Part shown: positions 34,980 to 43,918 of the stretch, in pieces
How the letters are laid out: the number at the start of each line of letters is the position of its first letter
Position numbering within the stretch: position 1 is the first letter of the stretch
Virus record (IMG/VR): IMGVR_UViG_3300011439_000027
Coordinates: 1 to 44,002 of that record
DNA: 44,002 nucleotides
Reading direction: 5' to 3' (one strand)
Source: a virus
Lineage: Duplodnaviria > Caudoviricetes
Made by a program: the position numbers and the translations under genes
Notes under the pieces: model-generated
The model's input: only the letters and a program-made list of their open reading frames with translations
The model's database searches: none
What the model was told of the DNA's origin: nothing

Positions 34980-36938
34980 TTATGCCTCGTCGCGCGTGAA
35001 CGTCCACTCGTCGTTGACGTTGTCAGCCAGGTAGTAACCGGTAGCCGGAGTGGCCACGACGGTGATGCTGGCGCCGGCCGCGATGGCCGCCTGTGCACCG
35101 GTGCTCAGAGTCGCTCCGGTGTCCTTGTTCTTGTAGACCACACCAGTGGTGGCCACGATGGTCACGACGCCGGTGCTCGCCACGAAGGTCGGAGCGTTCG
35201 GCGAAGCCACCAGCACGTCGTCGCCCGCGACGGCCATGAAGATCTGGGCCGACTTGAGCTTCGTGAGGGCGCCGGACATGCGCGCCTCCATGAGATACTT
35301 GTACTGGTTGTAGTCGATGTCGAAGAAGTCGAACTGCGAGATCTCGCCGCCGCGGTTGGTACCGACGTTGTAGTCGACCAGGTTGACCAGGATGCAGAGC
35401 AGGTTGTCCACGGACTCCATGACCTCGACCGGGATGATCGCGGCGACACGAAGCTCGCTGGCCAACTCGTCCAGCGTCCGGTAAACCCGGCGGCCGACGG
35501 CGTCACGAAGAGTCATAAACTCCGCGATGACCACCTCGGTCGTGTACATGGTGGGCTGACCGGTGCCCTTGTAGTAGCGACGTGCCCGGAGCATCGCGTC
35601 GACCAGTTCGGTGTAGCTCGAGCTGGCGTTCAGGAGATTGACGTTGAACGTCTGAGCGTAGTAGTCGTGGTCGTAGAGGATCGACCGGATACCGACACCA
35701 TCGGTGCCGCCGTTCGGGTCCTTGATCTTGTCCTCGTCGTCAGACTCGCGACCGTCGCTGATGAGGATCGCGCGAGCGATTTCCTCTTCGAACATGAGCC
35801 GGATCTCGCCCCAGAGCCAGGCGACGACGTCGAAGTCCTGGATGTCGATGATGTCATCGCGGTCCAGCTTCTGCTTCTTGTAGACGGTGGTCGCGCTGGT
35901 CGTACGCCGGGAGACGGAAATGAACTCTTCCTTCTTGAGCGTACCCTTGACATAACCCTTCGCCCGAGCCTCGTCGAGGGTCAGGTTCGCGGACAGCGTC
36001 TTGATCTTGGAGAACGGGGTCTTGTGGGTGTTGGTGAGAACCGACTTGACCCACTCGGTCCGGCGCTTGTCCCACTCGGGGGTCGCGCTGACGGCCTGGG
36101 CCTCCGGGAACAGAAGCTCGATGTTGTCGATACCGTGCTTCAGGGCGTGCGCCTCGAGGACCTCCTTGAGGGAGCCCTTGTTGTTCTGCCAGTCGTCGAA
36201 GATGCCCTTGATGTCGGAGTGGCTGAGGGTCTTGCCGCCCTGCGGTGCACCGTTCTGGTCGAAGACATTACGGGTTGTCATGTTGGTTCCTTCCTGGTGG
36301 ATGAGAGCGGTGCCCTCGGATGTAGCCGACTGGGCGGCAGAATCGTCAGCTTCCTCGACCGCGACGCCGATCATGTAGAAGACGGCATTCTTCTGCACGT
36401 CTGTGAGGGTGTTGAAGATGTCCTCGAGCGTCTGACCCGAGGTGTCAGCCTCAGCGTGAGAGAGCTCGAGCTCGAGGCCGGTGTAGATGACCGCAGTGTC
36501 GTCAGACACGGTCGTGTCGTCCGGATCGTCCGAATGCTGGATAGCGACGTAGTCGATTCGCGCACCCGGGTTCGCACCAGACAGAACTAGGCTAACCTCG
36601 CGAATCATGCCATGAAGAACACTCTTCGTCTTGCCGACCATCTTCTCGACCAGTTGATTGGCCCAGATCGACAAAGAGTCGAGATCGCCGTGCTCAACGA
36701 GAGCCTTGGCAACCTGACCCTTGGGCGTGTCGTTGAATGACGCGTGGCAACGAACACCGTCGTCGACCGCCTCGAGCATTACGTGTCCCAGAACATTGTC
36801 TGGACTGCTGTGACCGTGCTCCCAGACCAGAGGAACCCTCATGCCGTCCATGTGCTTGAACGCCTCGGCAGTGATGATTCGACCGTCGGAGCACTTGAGA
36901 CCAGCCTTGGTGGCGTAGCCGCTGAAATCAGCTTCCAT
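34980..36938 (-). CDS. Prohead protease - major capsid protein fusion with C-terminal Ig-like domain (starts MEADFSG)
   Basis: FSGYAT, PLVWEHGH, LSIWAN and EVSLVLSGANPGA (HK97-type protease); capsid body with strongest codon bias; GGAGGGG RBS before 36938. Confidence 0.88.
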   Translation of the reverse strand: MEADFSGYATKAGLKCSDGRIITAEAFKHMDGMRVPLVWEHGHSSPDNVLGHVMLEAVDDGVRCHASFNDTPKGQVAKALVEHGDLDSLSIWANQLVEKMVGKTKSVLHGMIREVSLVLSGANPGARIDYVAIQHSDDPDDTTVSDDTAVIYTGLELELSHAEADTSGQTLEDIFNTLTDVQKNAVFYMIGVAVEEADDSAAQSATSEGTALIHQEGTNMTTRNVFDQNGAPQGGKTLSHSDIKGIFDDWQNNKGSLKEVLEAHALKHGIDNIELLFPEAQAVSATPEWDKRRTEWVKSVLTNTHKTPFSKIKTLSANLTLDEARAKGYVKGTLKKEEFISVSRRTTSATTVYKKQKLDRDDIIDIQDFDVVAWLWGEIRLMFEEEIARAILISDGRESDDEDKIKDPNGGTDGVGIRSILYDHDYYAQTFNVNLLNASSSYTELVDAMLRARRYYKGTGQPTMYTTEVVIAEFMTLRDAVGRRVYRTLDELASELRVAAIIPVEVMESVDNLLCILVNLVDYNVGTNRGGEISQFDFFDIDYNQYKYLMEARMSGALTKLKSAQIFMAVAGDDVLVASPNAPTFVASTGVVTIVATTGVVYKNKDTGATLSTGAQAAIAAGASITVVATPATGYYLADNVNDEWTFTRDEA

Positions 36939-38187
36939 TTTGACTGTCCCCCTCCTTTGCTTTCTTTGTCGGTTGAGTTGGCTCCGACGGAGCCGGGTTT
37001 TCTTCCGGCATGTTCGGATTTCGAAGTTGGTTTGCCTTTTCTTCCTTTGAAGGTCGGTAACCGAGAGACGTCCTGAAGAGGTTGGCCTCGAATACTTCGC
37101 CTCGAATGAACACGTCCGCTGCCTCAGCCAGTTCCTTGATCGGAACGAACTTGAACGGGTCTCGGAACGCCATGATGGATTGGCCCTGGCTTCGGGCGGT
37201 CTTTGTAAGGAAGGTACGACGCATGGCTTCCAGCACGGAGGTGATGAACGGCTCGATCGTCCGGTTGGTGTAGTTAAGCATCGTCTTCTCGTCGGCCGTA
37301 CCATTCATGATGTCTGCCGTTAGACCTAGTTGGCTGTACAACATGTCCATCAGGTACTCGACCTGCTTGAGTAGGTTGTTCTCAGCCGGTCGATTCAGCT
37401 GGGTAATCTTCTCGGTAGCATCGACATAGGCAATGCCGTACTTACTGCCGTTCAGTTGGTGCTCGAGGTCAGTTCGACGGTTCTGGGCCTGCTGCCGACG
37501 CGTCTCGGACTTTACTGCGTACGGCAACTGGATGATAATATCGAGCTTGCCCGAGCTGGACTGCTCGTCAATGACGTCCAGGAGGTTGAGTTTCCGAATA
37601 AGGCGCTGAAGAGTCGAGTTCGGCTCATTCATCACAGAGAACATCGGATTCTCGACAATTGCTGTATACTTCTTGTCCACCCAGACCTGTTGACGAGATC
37701 CATCACGTTCGTCGTAGAGATTAACGCGAATCTTCGTGGGTGACCATCCCACGATGTTACCCACTCGCATACTCTTGATGTCGAAACCGCCGTTTGACGG
37801 ATCCAGTGTTGTATCAACAGGAACTACCGCAATGATACCGGCATCGAACATCGACATGAAGATGTCCTGGCGGAAGTGTCGAGCGGCTTGATCGATGTTG
37901 GCCTCTACTCTGAGGCATTCTTGTAGACCACTCTTAATGTCCTCGGTGTATTGACCTTCGTCATCAACTCGAACGTGCCGAATTTCAGCCGAAGCTGCAT
38001 CCATAGCAAGTCGTGTCAAGATCGAGGCCATGATTGATCGTTCGCTTGTCGTGCGAAGACGAGTGCGGTCTGGTCTAGACCCGAACGATCCCGCGGCGGT
38101 CCCCAATGAATGCGGGTCTTGATTGCCGTTTACGAATACGTTCCACGCGTGCGAGAGACTCTCCCTTAGACGCGAGAATATAGCCAT
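36928..38187 (-). CDS. Portal protein
   Basis: 419 aa between TerL and the protease; ANIDQ, LYSQLG and RTIEP (HK97-like). Confidence 0.85.
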   Translation of the reverse strand: MAIFSRLRESLSHAWNVFVNGNQDPHSLGTAAGSFGSRPDRTRLRTTSERSIMASILTRLAMDAASAEIRHVRVDDEGQYTEDIKSGLQECLRVEANIDQAARHFRQDIFMSMFDAGIIAVVPVDTTLDPSNGGFDIKSMRVGNIVGWSPTKIRVNLYDERDGSRQQVWVDKKYTAIVENPMFSVMNEPNSTLQRLIRKLNLLDVIDEQSSSGKLDIIIQLPYAVKSETRRQQAQNRRTDLEHQLNGSKYGIAYVDATEKITQLNRPAENNLLKQVEYLMDMLYSQLGLTADIMNGTADEKTMLNYTNRTIEPFITSVLEAMRRTFLTKTARSQGQSIMAFRDPFKFVPIKELAEAADVFIRGEVFEANLFRTSLGYRPSKEEKANQLRNPNMPEENPAPSEPTQPTKKAKEGDSQNGS

Positions 38188-38227
38188 GTGTCACCTCCCT
38201 TCCAGGAAGAAGCGGCGGGGAGGTTGG

Positions 38228-38617
38228 CTACAGCGCGGTGATCTGCGCCTGGAGCTTGCCGATGGCGACAAGAACGCTGTCGGCCGCGGTCACGGCAGTG
38301 GCGCTGGCGACGGAGAGACCAGTCAGAACCGTGGCACGAACCTCAGCCTCGGTGTCGACCTCTCCAGTCTCGCTGGTCTCGAGCACGCCAAGGCGGTACT
38401 CAACCTTGCCGACAGCCTCGTTGACCGTGTCAGAAGCCGCAACTGCAGCCGCTTCAACGGCGATCTCGTAGCCGGTGAGCTCGACCTCAGAACCGTCGAC
38501 GCCCTCGAGCTCGTATGGGGTACCGTCCTCGTTGAAAAATGACACGCGCTCCATGATCTGGTTTGGGGTCGGCGAGGCCGCCTCGACCACGGTAACCTGC
38601 TTGGTGATCTGGTTCAT
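38228..38617 (-). CDS. Putative virion (head fiber/decoration) protein with internal duplication
   Basis: LTGY..VAASDTVNEAVGKVE repeated as LTGL..VTAADSVLVAIGKLQ. Confidence 0.65.
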   Translation of the reverse strand: MNQITKQVTVVEAASPTPNQIMERVSFFNEDGTPYELEGVDGSEVELTGYEIAVEAAAVAASDTVNEAVGKVEYRLGVLETSETGEVDTEAEVRATVLTGLSVASATAVTAADSVLVAIGKLQAQITAL

Positions 38618-38656
38618 TGAACAATCTCCTTAAAACGTTCGAATTGTGAATATGGC

Positions 38657-39085
38657 CTAAATGTGGCCAGAGTTGACGACGCCAGAAACTCCGCCGACGA
38701 CGACCGCGCCTCCCACCCTGGAGAGAATATAGAGCGTCCTCTCACGGCCGGACTTGAGCTGCTGAGAAGTATTGTACTCGTTGTTCAGTGCGCGACGCTT
38801 CTCCCGAAGAACCTTGCGGGCTGCCCTCCGACCGACGACCTTCTTCTGAGCCTTGTACTCGGCCTTAGCGTCCCTACGATCCTTCGCGTTTGCTCCACTG
38901 TTCACTCGGGCTCGAGCTGCGTCGATCGCGTCGTCACGGTCGTACTTCGCCTTCAGTTTCTGCGCCTTACGATCGTCTTTCATCTTCTGAACTTTGGGGC
39001 TATTGCGAACGCCCCACTGCATCCCTTTCACACCGAAGTGGATGAGAAGCTCCTCGTTCAGCTCTGGCTTGTTCATCAGATCCAT
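38657..39085 (-). CDS. Basic protein with N-terminal LIHFGVKGMQWGVR motif
   Basis: AGGAGG RBS; motif shared with 41173..42039; K/R-rich; hydrophobic C-terminus. Confidence 0.75.
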   Translation of the reverse strand: MDLMNKPELNEELLIHFGVKGMQWGVRNSPKVQKMKDDRKAQKLKAKYDRDDAIDAARARVNSGANAKDRRDAKAEYKAQKKVVGRRAARKVLREKRRALNNEYNTSQQLKSGRERTLYILSRVGGAVVVGGVSGVVNSGHI

Positions 39086-39109
39086 GTTACACCTCCTGTC
39101 GGCCAAATA

Positions 39110-40852
39110 TCACTCGAACGCTTCTTTGTGAATCTTGAAGGCAACGAAAGCGTCCATCAACGCTGCCACGTTGTCGATCTTCTCCTCGTAGCGACGCTTA
39201 AGGAGCTTTCTGTTACCATTCGTGTCTTCCACTGTGATCGCGTTACCCATAGCGAACTGCATGAGCGCTTGATCGAAAAGAAGAAGACGTTGGCCGGCGA
39301 GGTGTTTCAATTCGCCGAGAGGAACGGACTCAGTTCGAGCCCCTTGTTGCACTTTCTCGATTCCGAAGGGTCCGTTCTCCATCTCGTATCGAGCAACGAA
39401 CTCTTTGGCATTGTACGGGTCGAATCCGAATGCTCGAACGTCATAACTTTTCGACTCTATGAACGCTTCGAGATCGTCGTAGACTTCCATCATGTCGAGA
39501 ATCGTTCCCTCGAGCACGTGAAGACTTCCCTCGAGTATGAACTCGTCGTACTTCTGCCGCATAGCTCCTGGGAGCTTCTTGAGTGTCAACGAAGTGATGT
39601 AGCTCCTCGTCTTAACACCAAAGGATCCATTCGGAAGAGGAAAGAGGAAAGTAAAGGCACAGAAGTCGTCACCTTGAGAGAGGTCGGCCCCGAGAGCACA
39701 CGGCATCTCCCAGAACTCTCGCTGCCGATGAGTCAGAGTCTCCTCGTAGGTGAAGAAATATGTGTAGCCTTCCATAGGAATCCCGAACCGCTTGGCCAGG
39801 ATGTCGTTCCGCGACGCGGGAGCATTCTCTGCTCTCTCAACGTCCAGTTGATACGTTTCGTAGGAAACCGTCAGTCCGATGTTAGGTTGGGCCTTAACCC
39901 ACATCGCTGGGTTTGCAACTTCCTCGAGCTCGTCAAGCTTGTAGTGCCAGATAGAGATGTGAGGAGCCTTGTACTCGCCTCGAAGGATCTTAGCGAGTTC
40001 CATTTTGACAGTGTCACCGGAACCGTTCCGAACTGTTCCTTCAGAACTGATGGCAACAATCAACCAATCGTCTTCTTTGGAAGCTCCTTGCTCCAAAGCT
40101 CCGATGACATCCTCTCTAAGATCTCCAGACAACCATTCGTCGACGGTGGAGACTCTGGGGCGGAGGCCTTGGAGCTTAGCGATGGACATTGGTCTTACCT
40201 CGAGGAGAGAACCAGTTAGGAAGTTCTCGATCCCCTTCTTGGTGCTTACTAGCTTCTGCCTAAGGGCCCTATTACCTGTAGTGTTCTGCAGGCTGCCCTC
40301 GGTAAGGAATCTGAACAGCGGTCCTCTTGACCGGATGATGGCTGTCCTGAACGGCGCCATGACCTCGTCGGCCTGCTTCATGGTTGGCGCGGTGGTGACC
40401 TGGTGGGTCGTCTCGGTGTTGACTACCAGGAAGTAGCTCTGGATGAGCTCGGCGTACATTGACTTGGCCGCGCCTCGTGCCACGATCAGGTACTGCTTGG
40501 TGGTCAGTCGAAGTTTGATCGTCCTCTCGACGAACTTACCACCACCCTTACCGTCAGGCTCGAACACACTTCTCTTGATGAAGTAGTACCACCCGAATAT
40601 CTGTTCCGCCCATACCTTGAACGAGGGAAGCAGGTGGAGATCGCTTCCGTCTGTCAGAGTGAGCTCTCCCTCGCAGTAGCGAAAGAACCCTTCGACAGCT
40701 TGATCGTCGTAGTAGAAGTTTGGGTTGGCAATCAGCGCATCGATGCGGTTCATCTCCATCGAGATCTCTCGGTTTACCGGGATCTCTCCACGAACAACCC
40801 GCTCACGGAATTCGCCGTAGTACTTCGGCGTTGCCCTATTCGACAGGCTCAT
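39110..40852 (-). CDS. terL: Terminase large subunit (starts MSLSNR)
   Basis: ARGAAKS Walker A, TVDEW Walker B, GADLSQGDDF and KIDNVAALMDA nuclease motifs. Confidence 0.92.
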   Translation of the reverse strand: MSLSNRATPKYYGEFRERVVRGEIPVNREISMEMNRIDALIANPNFYYDDQAVEGFFRYCEGELTLTDGSDLHLLPSFKVWAEQIFGWYYFIKRSVFEPDGKGGGKFVERTIKLRLTTKQYLIVARGAAKSMYAELIQSYFLVVNTETTHQVTTAPTMKQADEVMAPFRTAIIRSRGPLFRFLTEGSLQNTTGNRALRQKLVSTKKGIENFLTGSLLEVRPMSIAKLQGLRPRVSTVDEWLSGDLREDVIGALEQGASKEDDWLIVAISSEGTVRNGSGDTVKMELAKILRGEYKAPHISIWHYKLDELEEVANPAMWVKAQPNIGLTVSYETYQLDVERAENAPASRNDILAKRFGIPMEGYTYFFTYEETLTHRQREFWEMPCALGADLSQGDDFCAFTFLFPLPNGSFGVKTRSYITSLTLKKLPGAMRQKYDEFILEGSLHVLEGTILDMMEVYDDLEAFIESKSYDVRAFGFDPYNAKEFVARYEMENGPFGIEKVQQGARTESVPLGELKHLAGQRLLLFDQALMQFAMGNAITVEDTNGNRKLLKRRYEEKIDNVAALMDAFVAFKIHKEAFE

Positions 40853-40870
40853 TACCAACCCTCCCATCTG

Positions 40871-41149
40871 TTACAGAGCGAACCACTTCCAGGTCGGTGC
40901 CACGCTGTAGGTCAGCGTGATGGTGCTTCCCGGACGCAGGAAGAACGCACCGACGACGCGGCCGGTCGTGACGCCATCGATGGCGACGACGGTCACGGTA
41001 CCGCCAACGACTTCGACCCACATAAGGTCGTTGGACGTGTTCTCCTGAGCCACGGTCGAGGCCGGGATCGCTGGCTTGCTGGACCAATCGCCGGTCGGCT
41101 TGTCGTCGTTGACGGCGGACATGGTCGCGTGATACTGCTGAACATCCAT
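40871..41149 (-). CDS. Small beta-rich hypothetical (likely virion) protein
   Basis: AAGGAG RBS; 92 aa. Confidence 0.7.
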   Translation of the reverse strand: MDVQQYHATMSAVNDDKPTGDWSSKPAIPASTVAQENTSNDLMWVEVVGGTVTVVAIDGVTTGRVVGAFFLRPGSTITLTYSVAPTWKWFAL

Positions 41150-41172
41150 GGTCGTACTCTCCTTCTTGGTTT

Positions 41173-42039
41173 CTACCTCTTGAACGCTTGGGCTATCAGT
41201 TTCGTTGCGTGGTCGTTAGCGAGCTTGGTTGCCTGCTGTTTGCCGACGCCGAGCATAACGTCGCCGACGAATTTCCCGCCGGCCCTTGTGAAGCGAGCGC
41301 CCTTCGACGGAGGGACAACCTGAGAATATTGCTTCTCGAGATTCATGCGCTCGACCAACGTCTTAAGCTCGGCATTACTGAGTGTCTTAACTCCTCCCGC
41401 GCGCGCCTTCTCGCGAGCAGCAGTGGCTGTCTGGTGGTCGCCTGAGGCAGCACGAGCAAGCTGCTTCTCGCTTCGACGCACTCCCCACTTCATTCCCCGA
41501 ACACCGAAGTGGATCAGAGCGTTCTCGTTGTCGTCGCTCATCTCGAAGTCTTCTTCGTACTTGTCGTCGAGTTCGTACTCCGACCCGTCGTAGTCTTCGT
41601 ACCATAGAGCCACCGTGTCGAAGTTGACACTGTAAATCGTACCGCCATACTCGCGCGTGTCCTCGTGCGCGGGAGACTCTGGGTATCCCATCGTCATGTG
41701 CGGAATATAGGTCGGGAACTGTTCGGCGTTGTGGTAGGCCTCAGCGACGGCTCGATTGTCCAGGAGATATGCGCGAACCTCTTGGAGCATCTTGAGGTTG
41801 TACTTGGAGAAGAGAAGGACATCCGCATCCTTCGGCCCAAGCGTATCGCGTCGATCGACCGTAAGACCGAACCGACACATCGACGTCTCGACCACGTGCT
41901 CGAGATACTCGTCGATCTGGTCGAGATCTTCCACATCTTCGCCGAGATATAGAAGTGTCAGATGTGGAACCTTCTCGCTGGAGATCTTCCAAACGTAGTC
42001 TTCCTTAGAGGGGATGGCTACGATCGATACTCTGCTCAT
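41173..42039 (-). CDS. 2H phosphoesterase domain fused to an LIHFGVRGMKWGVR-containing basic domain
   Basis: PHLTLLYLG and PHMTMGY (two HxT motifs ~88 aa apart); acidic linker; shared motif. Confidence 0.75.
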   Translation of the reverse strand: MSRVSIVAIPSKEDYVWKISSEKVPHLTLLYLGEDVEDLDQIDEYLEHVVETSMCRFGLTVDRRDTLGPKDADVLLFSKYNLKMLQEVRAYLLDNRAVAEAYHNAEQFPTYIPHMTMGYPESPAHEDTREYGGTIYSVNFDTVALWYEDYDGSEYELDDKYEEDFEMSDDNENALIHFGVRGMKWGVRRSEKQLARAASGDHQTATAAREKARAGGVKTLSNAELKTLVERMNLEKQYSQVVPPSKGARFTRAGGKFVGDVMLGVGKQQATKLANDHATKLIAQAFKR

Positions 42040-42050
42040 GTGCCCTCCTT

Positions 42051-42413
42051 TCAGGCAGCGTTCGGATCGGTCCAGCCGGTGGTCTCGCGGTAGTACGAGA
42101 TGCGAGTCTCGTGCTCGAGAAGTTGCTCCTTCATCGCGTCCATGTGGTAGCCCACGGTTGGCGGGTCAAATAACACCCGGACCTTGAGGTACATGTAGGT
42201 GCGGATCAGGTTGTATCGAGGATCGTCATCGTAGAAGTCGGCCCACTCAGCAGAGGAATCCTCGATCTCGAAGCCTAACTCAGGACCGACGCCGAGTTGG
42301 TTCAGTACAGAGAAGGCTGAGTTGATGTGCATCACAATATCGACGTCGAAGTGTGTAACGCCTACGTCGATACCCAATGCCTTCTTGACGCTCGTGAGGA
42401 TGCTGTTCTCCAT
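42051..42413 (-). CDS. Head-to-tail adaptor
   Basis: SILTSVKKALGI..FD.DI..HIN...YMYLKVRVLFDPP; AGGAGG RBS. Confidence 0.7.
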   Translation of the reverse strand: MENSILTSVKKALGIDVGVTHFDVDIVMHINSAFSVLNQLGVGPELGFEIEDSSAEWADFYDDDPRYNLIRTYMYLKVRVLFDPPTVGYHMDAMKEQLLEHETRISYYRETTGWTDPNAA

Positions 42414-42440
42414 GTGGGCCACCTCCTTCGGTGGATAGGA

Positions 42441-43148
42441 TTACCCGCGGTAGCCGTGCTTCTTCAGATGCCACATAGTGTTTGGACCGACAATCCCGTC
42501 CTGCGTGATGCCGACCCTGCGCTGGAACTCCATGACCCAGGCCTCAGTCTGAGGACCGAAGTCTCCGTCACACACGATCATCTGACCCCGCTTGTACGAG
42601 ACAGAAAATCGGTATGCCGAGAAGTTGGTCCTGAAGAAGATCTGAAGGTTCTTGACCTTGGGTCCCGTGTCACCCTTCTTCATAACCAGGACGTTCGGAG
42701 GAGGAGTTACTGGACCAGAACCTGGCGATGCGAATACGATCGGCCAGCTAGATGCGTTCTCGTCATCCGCGGCCCAGCCGGAGATATGCGGATGGTCCTT
42801 GTGTGGGTTAGAGCCGGTGTAAGCTCGCACGACCCAACCGTTCGAACGCGACCAGATCTTCTCGTTGAAGATCACGTAGTACAGACGAGCCTGGCTTGCT
42901 GGATCGGCGACCAGACGAGTGACGAAAGCGTTCGCTTCAGAAAATGTGAAGTTGCCGCCGATCATCACGTCGATCGCACGGTGCTCTGGGTTGCTGTCGG
43001 CGTCGGTCTGAGGGGCATCGGTCCCAGGTCGGTCGTCCTCGTAGTGATCCGAAGGCGATCCTGGTGCTGTCCGAATTCCGTAGACAACAACGCCCGGCCA
43101 ACGATTGACAATATCGTTAGTCAGGGCTTGCATGTTCGCTGAACGCAT
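42441..43148 (-). CDS. Endolysin (M15-like Zn peptidase plus peptidoglycan-binding domain)
   Basis: SDH...AIDV...HKDHPHIS catalytic pattern; DGDFGPQT..FQ...DGIVGPNT binding domain. Confidence 0.8.
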   Translation of the reverse strand: MRSANMQALTNDIVNRWPGVVVYGIRTAPGSPSDHYEDDRPGTDAPQTDADSNPEHRAIDVMIGGNFTFSEANAFVTRLVADPASQARLYYVIFNEKIWSRSNGWVVRAYTGSNPHKDHPHISGWAADDENASSWPIVFASPGSGPVTPPPNVLVMKKGDTGPKVKNLQIFFRTNFSAYRFSVSYKRGQMIVCDGDFGPQTEAWVMEFQRRVGITQDGIVGPNTMWHLKKHGYRG

Positions 43149-43164
43149 TGGGTTCTCCTTACTC

Positions 43165-43578
43165 TTACCACAGTCGAGTGTCGCCTCGCTCCCTAGGAAT
43201 ATGCACATAGGGTAGCTGAGTCTCATCGCCGTAGTGGATGGCGTTGTGAGTTCCATGTGAAACGGTGATTAGATACTCCGGGTCGAGTATCGACATGTCG
43301 CCGTCGACTATCTGGTCTCTTGTCATCGGGTTCATGTGGTGAATATACAAACCCTTGTGGATCTCATACCCGAGGATTCCTAGATCACAACCCTCATCTC
43401 TGAGAATAACTTCACGACGAACTAGACGCCATTGAGCCGACATGTAAAACTGCTGGTTGATCCACCGATCGTAACCGAAGGTTCTGTCCCCGACATGACC
43501 GTCCAGTTTCAAGTAAGAAAAACGAGACAGCATGGTATCGAGTCTACGAAGTTCGCTGTAGCTTCTAACCCTCGTCAT
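43165..43578 (-). CDS. HNH endonuclease (packaging-associated)
   Basis: FYMSAQWRLVRREVILRDEGCD...IHHMNP...LITVSHGTHNAIH. Confidence 0.8.
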   Translation of the reverse strand: MTRVRSYSELRRLDTMLSRFSYLKLDGHVGDRTFGYDRWINQQFYMSAQWRLVRREVILRDEGCDLGILGYEIHKGLYIHHMNPMTRDQIVDGDMSILDPEYLITVSHGTHNAIHYGDETQLPYVHIPRERGDTRLW

Positions 43579-43918
43579 AGTCCTGTTCCTTCGGCGGCTC
43601 TTGACCGGAATAAGATCTGAATGCGGCCAGCGCATCACCGATCAACTCTTCGATTCGACTCGTGGCAGCCAGAGCATTGACCTTCGCCATCTGGAGCTCC
43701 ACTTCGGCAGCCAGTCGCATCTGCTCGAGCTGCTCACGAGTCGAACCCAGCTTAAGGTAGTGGGTGATGACCTGTGCCGAAGCCGTCCCATCCCTCAGCT
43801 GTTGTTCGGCGCGGTCCACAGCCAGTGCAATCAGCTGATTCTCACGCCCCTCAGGAGTTGTGGCCCGTCGGCGTGGACTTTGAGGCGGCTCAGACTCACT
43901 ATCCCGTCTACTGACCAT
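43565..43918 (-). CDS. Conserved first gene, possible terminase small subunit
   Basis: ATTPEGRENQLIALA...GTASAQVITHYLKLGS; helical; genome-end position; GAAAGGAG RBS. Confidence 0.6.
   Translation of the reverse strand: MVSRRDSESEPPQSPRRRATTPEGRENQLIALAVDRAEQQLRDGTASAQVITHYLKLGSTREQLEQMRLAAEVELQMAKVNALAATSRIEELIGDALAAFRSYSGQEPPKEQDYDEG

Noticed and set aside
36939-37304. N-terminal extension of the 774-aa capsid ORF
   Set aside because: Overlaps the portal out of frame; the RBS supports a start at 36938
17451-40219. Long + strand ORFs (e.g. 17451..18677, 26265..27425, 33085..34359, 38663..40219)
   Set aside because: Antisense shadows of codon-biased - strand genes; no RBS or recognisable motifs
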